NCBI GenBank assembly: GCA_021811585.1
Contig: JAJZOG010000005.1
Location: 725 to 64,724 of the forward strand
DNA from: a bacterium
GTDB taxonomy: Bacteria > Patescibacteriota > Doudnabacteria > UBA920 > VMFF01
Reading direction: 5' to 3'
Length of the DNA: 64,000 nt
Part shown: positions 58,211 through 64,000 of the stretch, in pieces
Layout of the letters: the number at the start of each line of letters is the position of its first letter
Position numbering within the stretch: position 1 is the first letter of the stretch
Notes under the pieces: model-generated
Databases searched by the model: none
Seen by the model: only the letters and a program-made list of their open reading frames with translations
What the model was told of the DNA's origin: nothing
Position numbers and translations under genes: made by a program

Positions 58211-59050
58211 ATGAGGTATGCAAATACATTGCCTACCAAATTGGCATTGTTTGACCTGCCAATCATAAAATATGGTCAGCACAAGCAATCGTTCAGCCAC
58301 AAAATATTTAAGCACCTGCTTATTCTGGATACCCTTGAGGATGACGATTGCACAAAGGTCGTGGAGGAAGCAGTATATGAGCTTGGCCGCGAGGACATCT
58401 CTTTTGAAGAACCGTTCCTGCAGTCGTTCGGCCACTATTTGGGAATTTCCAAATATCTGGCGCGATGGAGAAAAATGCGGCAAGACCACAATCATTACAT
58501 TCAGCATGAGATTAGGCGCCGCAATTCGGAAAATCCGTATTATAATCCAACACCCGACAATTTTAAGTCCTGGGATATGCTGCCGGATTTTTCCAGGCAA
58601 AAATTAAATCAGCCATGGCAGTTTGACGCTCTTTTTAAAGAAATCCAAAGGATCAGCGGCGGAGTTTTTGAGCTCGCAAAAGCATATGAGAACCAAAAAG
58701 ACAAAGATGTTTTCAGGATTAAGGTCAACGGCATGCTGGCTCCGGCAAAAATTATTTTTGCCCTGGACAGCGCGGAGAATGTTTATAATTTTACCGAGCA
58801 CGAATTAAGCATTGTAAACATAAAATTGGGCCTTGATGCTTATAAAGCCGCATACATATTTATTCAGAGAGTTATGGAATCATTGCATAAGCTCAGTTGG
58901 GCCGGCAAAAGCCCCATGGCAAAAGCCGCGGAAGAATGGATTGCCTCTGCAGCGGATTTTTCCGAAAAGCTTAAAAGGCGAATTGAGGAAATGGAGCGGA
59001 GGTTCATGCTTTTCCTGGAATATGATTCTGATGAATATGTTGAATCCTGA
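58211..59050 (+). CDS. Hypothetical protein, helical C-terminal half
   Basis: 279-aa ORF with GGGGAG SD-like site; no recognised family. Confidence 0.7.
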   Translation: MRYANTLPTKLALFDLPIIKYGQHKQSFSHKIFKHLLILDTLEDDDCTKVVEEAVYELGREDISFEEPFLQSFGHYLGISKYLARWRKMRQDHNHYIQHEIRRRNSENPYYNPTPDNFKSWDMLPDFSRQKLNQPWQFDALFKEIQRISGGVFELAKAYENQKDKDVFRIKVNGMLAPAKIIFALDSAENVYNFTEHELSIVNIKLGLDAYKAAYIFIQRVMESLHKLSWAGKSPMAKAAEEWIASAADFSEKLKRRIEEMERRFMLFLEYDSDEYVES

Positions 59051-59093
59051 AATGAACATCCTGAATTCCGAGATGAACATATTGAATCCCGAA
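59031..59093. repeat. Three imperfect 21-bp tandem repeats
   Basis: ATGAATATGTTGAATCCTGAA / ATGAACATCCTGAATTCCGAG / ATGAACATATTGAATCCCGAA. Confidence 0.8.
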
Positions 59094-59103
59094 TAGGGGG
59101 TGA

Positions 59104-59132
59104 TTTACAAAAGCCGTTGTTTAGTGTATACT
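59104..59132 (+). promoter_or_regulatory. sigma70 promoter of RRM gene
   Basis: TTTACA-17 nt-TATACT. Confidence 0.65.
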
Positions 59133-59209
59133 CTTTATGCATCACCCTTAAGTTTTATTTTTGTTAGGATTTATATAAGGGTGCGAGTAGATCCTAAGAA
59201 AGGCCAATA

Positions 59210-59530
59210 ATGGCAAGATTGTTCGTAGGTGACCTCCCTTGGGCCACCACCAATGAAGAGCTTTCAGAGCTTTTCAGTAAAGCAGGTCAGGTTATGTCCG
59301 CAACCATAGTTCAGGACAAAATGACAGGTAAAAGCAGGGGATTTGGTTTTGTGGAAATGTCCGACGGGGATGCTTCCAAAGCAATTGAAATGCTAAACGG
59401 CCAGGAATATGGCGGAAGGAAATTGGTTGTCAATGAAGCAAAACCAAGAGAAGACCGCCCGCGCAGATCATTCGGAGGCGGCCGCGGAGGTTATGACAGA
59501 GGTCATGGCCGCAGCGATTATAACGATTAA
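59210..59530 (+). CDS. RRM-domain RNA-binding protein with Gly-rich tail
   Basis: RNP2 LFVGDL, RNP1 RGFGFVEM, VNEAKPR, GGGRGG tail. Confidence 0.95.
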   Translation: MARLFVGDLPWATTNEELSELFSKAGQVMSATIVQDKMTGKSRGFGFVEMSDGDASKAIEMLNGQEYGGRKLVVNEAKPREDRPRRSFGGGRGGYDRGHGRSDYND

Positions 59531-59551
59531 TTCACTTTTTCGTTAGATTGG

Positions 59552-59584
59552 AAAACCATCAACCTTTTGGCTGATGGTTTTTTT
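59552..59584 (+). terminator. Rho-independent terminator
   Basis: AAAACCATCA...TGATGGTTTTTTT. Confidence 0.75.
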
Positions 59585-59651
59585 ATTATTTAATTTTTGA
59601 TTGGCCGCATTTTTGCGCGGATTTGGATTTTGCCTTAATATATAAGAAAGT

Positions 59652-59663
59652 GAACGAACGTTC
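59652..59663. promoter_or_regulatory. Putative LexA (SOS) box upstream of dinB
   Basis: GAAC-GAAC-GTTC fits GAAC-N4-GTTC; 26 nt upstream of ATG. Confidence 0.45.
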
Positions 59664-59689
59664 CATCATATTAAGCCGCGCTTAAAAAT

Positions 59690-60943
59690 ATGGGCCACAA
59701 AATTATTTTGCATATAGACATGAATTCTTATTTTGCTTCCTGCGAACAGCAGGCAAACCCTTTTTTGCGCGGCAAGCCGATCGGCGTTTGCGAGCATTTA
59801 GGCGGCATTATTATTGCGCCATCCATTGAAGCCAAGCGCTTGGGCATAAAAACAGGGACCCCTGTTTGGGATGCAAAAAAAATTTGTCCGAAAATAACAT
59901 TGCTTTACACTGATCCGGACAAATACAGGGATACAACAAGAAAATTTCTGGAAATTTTTTATGAATATACCGAAGCAGTGGAAAAGTACAGCATTGACGA
60001 GGCCTTTTTGGATATTACGGCAGATGTTCGCGCCTGCACGGATCCATGGGCCGGGGCAGAAGGCATTGCGCGCGAAATTAAGAAAAAAATAAGCAGGCGC
60101 GCAGGCGAGTGGATACGCTGTTCCGTTGGAATAGGCGAAAGCAAGCTCGTAGCGAAAATTGCAAGCGATCTGCAAAAGCCGGATGGCCTTGTGCTTGTGC
60201 GGCCTGAAGAAAAAAGCCGTTTGTACGATATTTTGAAACTCACGGATATTCCTGGAATTTCACACAGGACCCAAGAAGCGCTTAATGCTTTGGGAATTAA
60301 GAGCTTAAGGGATTTGCGCGATTTTCCGGTTTCAAAGCTCACGGCAAATTTCGGAGTGCGCGGACATCACCTGCATCAAATGGGCAATTTAAACGGAAGC
60401 TGGCATGAAGAATTCTCGGAAAGCGGCAGCGGGGAAGATGCCGCGAAATCCATGGGGCATGCTTACACTTTGGGCAAGGCCTGCACAGACGTGAAAACAG
60501 CCATGCAAGTCCTTTATAAACTTTCGGAGATGGTCGGCAGGCGCCTGCGCGCCGCGAATCTTTGCGGGAACATAATTTATTTTCATTGCAGCGATAGGAA
60601 TCACGTGCATTTCGGCAAACGCAAAACGCTTAATTTTCATACTGACAATGGCAGCGAGATTTTTAAAGAAGCCGCGGATTTGCTGGAATCGTGCCTGTTT
60701 CGGGAATTTAAGCTTATTGGCGTAACTGTTGCCGGTTTGGAAGAAGCGGCTGGCCAGCAATTTCTGTTTAAAAAAGATTCTGATAATAAAAAATTGGCTT
60801 CGGCGCTGGATAAGATAAACGATAAGTACGGCGATTTCACGATTTCACCGGCGCCTGTTCTTCAGGCAGGAAAATTAATAAGGGATTCCATTGGTTTTGG
60901 CAGGATGAAAGAATTTAAGGTAAACTTTAAAGCGAGAGGATAG
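59690..60943 (+). CDS. dinB: DNA polymerase IV (Y family)
   Basis: ILHIDMNSYFASCE, EAKRLG, SIDEAFLD, AKIASDLQKPDG. Confidence 0.93.
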   Translation: MGHKIILHIDMNSYFASCEQQANPFLRGKPIGVCEHLGGIIIAPSIEAKRLGIKTGTPVWDAKKICPKITLLYTDPDKYRDTTRKFLEIFYEYTEAVEKYSIDEAFLDITADVRACTDPWAGAEGIAREIKKKISRRAGEWIRCSVGIGESKLVAKIASDLQKPDGLVLVRPEEKSRLYDILKLTDIPGISHRTQEALNALGIKSLRDLRDFPVSKLTANFGVRGHHLHQMGNLNGSWHEEFSESGSGEDAAKSMGHAYTLGKACTDVKTAMQVLYKLSEMVGRRLRAANLCGNIIYFHCSDRNHVHFGKRKTLNFHTDNGSEIFKEAADLLESCLFREFKLIGVTVAGLEEAAGQQFLFKKDSDNKKLASALDKINDKYGDFTISPAPVLQAGKLIRDSIGFGRMKEFKVNFKARG

Positions 60944-60956
60944 AGCGGAAAAATTT

Positions 60957-61430
60957 ATGCGAGATGAAAAAAGATTTTACGTCATCTGCCAAAACATCAG
61001 AAGCTTGTTTAATGTCGGTTCCATTTTCCGGACAGCGGACGCTTTTGGAGTTGATAAAATTTATCTTACGGGCATAACCGGCATGCCGCCACGCGCGGAA
61101 ATTTCCAAAGTCGCCCTGGGTGCGGAAAATTTTGTCCCTTGGGAATATGTTCGCCAGCCCGCACGGCTTGTGCGCCGCCTTAAAAGCGAGGGCGTCCATA
61201 TTATTGCTTTGGAACAATCCAAAGCCAAAACCGTTTTCTTAAATCAATTTAAGCCGAGATTCCCGCTGGCGCTGATACTCGGCTATGAACCAACGGGATT
61301 GCCAAAGGGCCTGCTAAAATTATCGGACACGATTGTAGAAATAAAAATGTACGGCAAAAAGGAAAGTTTGAATGTGGGCGTGGCCTTTGGGATTGCAGCC
61401 AAGCACATCAGCGATTTCCGAAGGGTGTAA
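60957..61430 (+). CDS. TrmH/SpoU-family RNA methyltransferase
   Basis: NVGSIFRTADAFG, LGYE..GL, ESLNVGVAFG. Confidence 0.9.
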   Translation: MRDEKRFYVICQNIRSLFNVGSIFRTADAFGVDKIYLTGITGMPPRAEISKVALGAENFVPWEYVRQPARLVRRLKSEGVHIIALEQSKAKTVFLNQFKPRFPLALILGYEPTGLPKGLLKLSDTIVEIKMYGKKESLNVGVAFGIAAKHISDFRRV

Positions 61431-61528
61431 CAGTTTGGCACATATTTGCTTTTCTTTTGAAACATAGATGAAAAAGAGTGGATAACATTCCGGATTATAC
61501 AAAAAGGCCGGGGTTCTCTGAAAAAGTT

Positions 61529-61555
61529 AAAAATCGCTTGCGAAAGCGATTTTTT
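61529..61555 (+). terminator. Rho-independent (possibly bidirectional) terminator
   Basis: AAAAATCGCTT-GCGA-AAGCGATTTTTT. Confidence 0.75.
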
Positions 61556-61616
61556 ATTTGTTTTGCAGATATAGGCGCCTATTTTTCATACCAGATATTG
61601 TGGTGAAACAGACATT

Positions 61617-61689
61617 TTGACCCTATGGCAGTTTGTGGGGTATAATGTAAATGTAGTGGTGAAAAGTGGTTAAAAATGGGGATAAGTGG
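61617..61689 (+). promoter_or_regulatory. mraZ promoter with MraZ-binding direct repeats
   Basis: TTGACC-18 nt-TATAAT, then GTGG/GTGG/ATGG/GTGG at 61656, 61666, 61676, 61686 (10-bp phasing). Confidence 0.8.
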
Positions 61690-61696
61690 AAAACTA

Positions 61697-62128
61697 ATGT
61701 TTATTGGCGAATACACTGTTAGCATCGATGAAAAAGGCAGGATTGCTATCCCTGCCAAATTTCGCCATGAACTTAAAGGCAGGGTAGTGGTGACCCGCGG
61801 CCTGGATAACTCTCTGTTTTTATATTCACTGGGCGAATGGCAAAAGCTTGCCGAAAAGCTTTCGGCGCTTCCGATTTCAAAAGCAAACACCCGTGCGTTT
61901 TCGCGGCTCATGCTTGCAGGCGCAATGGATTGCGAATTGGACAAGGCCGGAAGAATAATTTTGCCGGATTATTTACGCTCTTTTGCGGCCCTTACCAAGC
62001 ACGCCGTAATTGCCGGATTGTATAATCGGCTGGAAATTTGGTCAGAGGCGGCTTGGAAAAAATACAAGCAGAGCACTGAAAAGGATAGCTCCCAAATTGC
62101 CGAACAGCTCGGCGAGATAGGCGTTTAA
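61697..62128 (+). CDS. mraZ: Division/cell-wall cluster transcriptional repressor MraZ (start moved to ATG 61697)
   Basis: MFIGEY...DEKGRIAIPAKFR, DKAGRIILP, RLEIW. Confidence 0.96.
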   Translation: MFIGEYTVSIDEKGRIAIPAKFRHELKGRVVVTRGLDNSLFLYSLGEWQKLAEKLSALPISKANTRAFSRLMLAGAMDCELDKAGRIILPDYLRSFAALTKHAVIAGLYNRLEIWSEAAWKKYKQSTEKDSSQIAEQLGEIGV

Positions 62129-62140
62129 GGCAGCGCCAGC

Positions 62141-63142
62141 ATGGAATTTCACACGCCTGTTCTTTTAAAAGAGGTTTTGGAATATTTTGCACCCGCACCC
62201 GGGGAGGTTTTCGTGGATTGCACTTTGGGCGGGGCAGGGCACGCCCTGCCTGTTGCCAAAAAGATTGCGGTTGGATGGCCTAACAAGCGCGGCGCTTTGG
62301 TTGGCATTGATTTGGACGGTGAAAGTTTAAAAACCGCAAAAGACGTTTTCGATATCGCGCGAAGCGAAGGGGAGCTTCCCGAAGATTTTCCGGTGCATTT
62401 GGTGCGGGATAATTACAAGAATATTGCCAAAATTTTGCGCGAACTTGGGATTTCACGGCCAAACGGAATTTTGGCGGACATAGGACTTTCGAGTTTTGAT
62501 TTGAATTTATCAGGAAGGGGATTTTCTTTTCAAAAAGACGAGCCCCTGGACATGCGTTTTAATGGCGACGGCCTCGATGACGGCGCCAAGCGCGGCAGGA
62601 AAATTTTTAATGCCCAATTTATTTTGGAAACTTATACAGAAAAAGAATTGGCGGAAATTTTCAGCCGGTATGGAGAAGAAAATTTTTCCCCGCAAATTGC
62701 CAGAGCAATATTAAAATTCAGGCAAACGGGAAAAATAGAAAGCACAAAACAGTTCTTTTCGATTATTGAATCAGCTTTGCCGCCGCGCGCACGATTCCGC
62801 GCCGCTGACAGCGCCCGCAGGATTTTCCAGGCCTTGCGCATCGAGGTCAATGGGGAACTTGAAAATTTGAAAGCATTTTTGCCCCAGGCGTTTGCCGCGT
62901 TAAGTCCGGGCGGCCGGCTGGGAGTAATAAGCTTCCATTCCCTTGAAGACAGAATGGTTAAAGAATTTTTCAGAGAAAAGGCAAAAGGATGCATCTACCC
63001 TCCGGATTTTCCAAAATGCGCCTGCGGAAGAAACCCGGAAGGTAAAATTTTGACAAAAAAACCGCTTGTACCAAGTGCGGAAGAAATAGAAAGCAATCCG
63101 CGCAGCAGGCCCTCCAAATTAAGGATCATTCAAAAAATTTAA
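62141..63142 (+). CDS. rsmH: 16S rRNA m4C1402 methyltransferase
   Basis: HTPVLL, DCTLGGAGH, PLDMR, FQALRIEVN, ISFHSLEDR. Confidence 0.96.
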   Translation: MEFHTPVLLKEVLEYFAPAPGEVFVDCTLGGAGHALPVAKKIAVGWPNKRGALVGIDLDGESLKTAKDVFDIARSEGELPEDFPVHLVRDNYKNIAKILRELGISRPNGILADIGLSSFDLNLSGRGFSFQKDEPLDMRFNGDGLDDGAKRGRKIFNAQFILETYTEKELAEIFSRYGEENFSPQIARAILKFRQTGKIESTKQFFSIIESALPPRARFRAADSARRIFQALRIEVNGELENLKAFLPQAFAALSPGGRLGVISFHSLEDRMVKEFFREKAKGCIYPPDFPKCACGRNPEGKILTKKPLVPSAEEIESNPRSRPSKLRIIQKI

Positions 63143-63185
63143 AATAATTTCGCGGGCAAGCCCGAGATCAAAAAAAACAAAAAAT

Positions 63186-63548
63186 ATGGGAAAACATTTT
63201 GCTTTAGCTCTACAAGTGCCGCTCTATAAAACCGAACAGAAAAAAAAGAAAACACCCGCGCGGCGCGGCCTTAAGACGTCTCACATTGGCTTTGCTTTAT
63301 TTTTTGCCTGCTGCGCGTTGGTTTTGGCATATTTAATACAAGTAAACGGCATTTCTACAAAGGGATATGAGATTGGCAATTTGCAGGGCAAAATAGGGGA
63401 TTTGCAGACAAGTTATCAAAATTTGGAAGTTAAAGCCGCGCAATTGCAATCCATTCAGCGCCTGCAATCAGATCCTGAAATTGCGGCAATGGTGCCGGTA
63501 ACTTCCATCACTTACATCCAGGAAGATCCGATTTTAACCCAAAGATAA
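63186..63548 (+). CDS. ftsL: FtsL-like cell division protein
   Basis: Single TM plus coiled coil; between rsmH and PBP. Confidence 0.65.
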   Translation: MGKHFALALQVPLYKTEQKKKKTPARRGLKTSHIGFALFFACCALVLAYLIQVNGISTKGYEIGNLQGKIGDLQTSYQNLEVKAAQLQSIQRLQSDPEIAAMVPVTSITYIQEDPILTQR

Positions 63549-63559
63549 ACATCCAACAG

Positions 63560-64000
63560 ATGAGCCCGAAAGACCAGAACAAATCCTTCCAAAACAGGAT
63601 TTTAGCATTTCAAATATTTTTGCTCTTGTTTATAGCCCTGATTATTCTGCGGCTATTTATTATTTCAGTTGCCCAGCATCCTTATTACCAAGCGCTGGCC
63701 GAAGGCCAGCACAGTTTTTTTGAAAAGCTGGTCCCCAAACGCGGGGAAATTTTTATAACCGATAAATATTCTTCGCAACCGTACGTAGTGGCAGGTAATC
63801 TTGAGGAGAATATGGTTTATGCCGTGCCAAAGGAAGTGCAAGATCCTGCCGGCACTGCGGCGCGCCTGGCGCAAATTTTAAATTTGGATGAGGGTACGCT
63901 GCAACAAAAACTTTCAGACCAAAGCAAGTGGTATGAGCCCATAATGCACCAGCTTACAGACAGTCAGTCCTCGCAGATCCAGCAGGCAAAGCTCGCTGGG
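63560..64000 (+). CDS. ftsI: Class B penicillin-binding protein (FtsI-like), N-terminal part, runs off window
   Basis: Read manually from ATG 63560: TM, LRLF, PKRGEIF.TD dimerisation-domain motif; dcw position. Confidence 0.8.
   Translation, partial: MSPKDQNKSFQNRILAFQIFLLLFIALIILRLFIISVAQHPYYQALAEGQHSFFEKLVPKRGEIFITDKYSSQPYVVAGNLEENMVYAVPKEVQDPAGTAARLAQILNLDEGTLQQKLSDQSKWYEPIMHQLTDSQSSQIQQAKLAG

Noticed and set aside
61478-61486. DnaA-box-like AGTGGATAA upstream of mraZ
   Set aside because: Single imperfect box, expected by chance.

Overview
Core-genome window from a Patescibacteria/CPR-type bacterium. The assignment is inferred from the missing rpmD/L30 in the spc operon, extended r-proteins, few Shine-Dalgarno sites, split transketolase and PEGA/PsbP-like proteins. 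Contents: the distal S10-spc operon (rplB to secY, two adk-like genes, map), pepF/htrA/yqgF, a sugar-phosphate cluster (galT-tpiA-rpiB-rpe-tktN-tktC-pfkB-gap-pgk-gpmI), recJ-rnhA, two mreB paralogues with mreCD-mrdA, tRNA synthetases, a glycosyltransferase cluster, rplU-dnaB-recR, a secreted lipase-like protein, an RRM protein, dinB and the start of the dcw cluster. No rRNA, tRNA, CRISPR array or transposase was recognised. The most striking unexplained structure is a family of eight intergenic 7-bp arrays (TAGTTRR / CTAYYAH). Their polarity is fixed: the G-rich arm sits at upstream stop codons and the C-rich arm usually ends just before downstream start codons. Several form long hairpins around a shared GGCGAT-like core, and two bracket rpsH, which is swapped with rpsN. 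Also notable: a 13-bp-unit element with 21-bp perfect terminal inverted repeats after map, and a candidate pseudoknot leader on the RRM gene. All assignments are by eye, without database searches.
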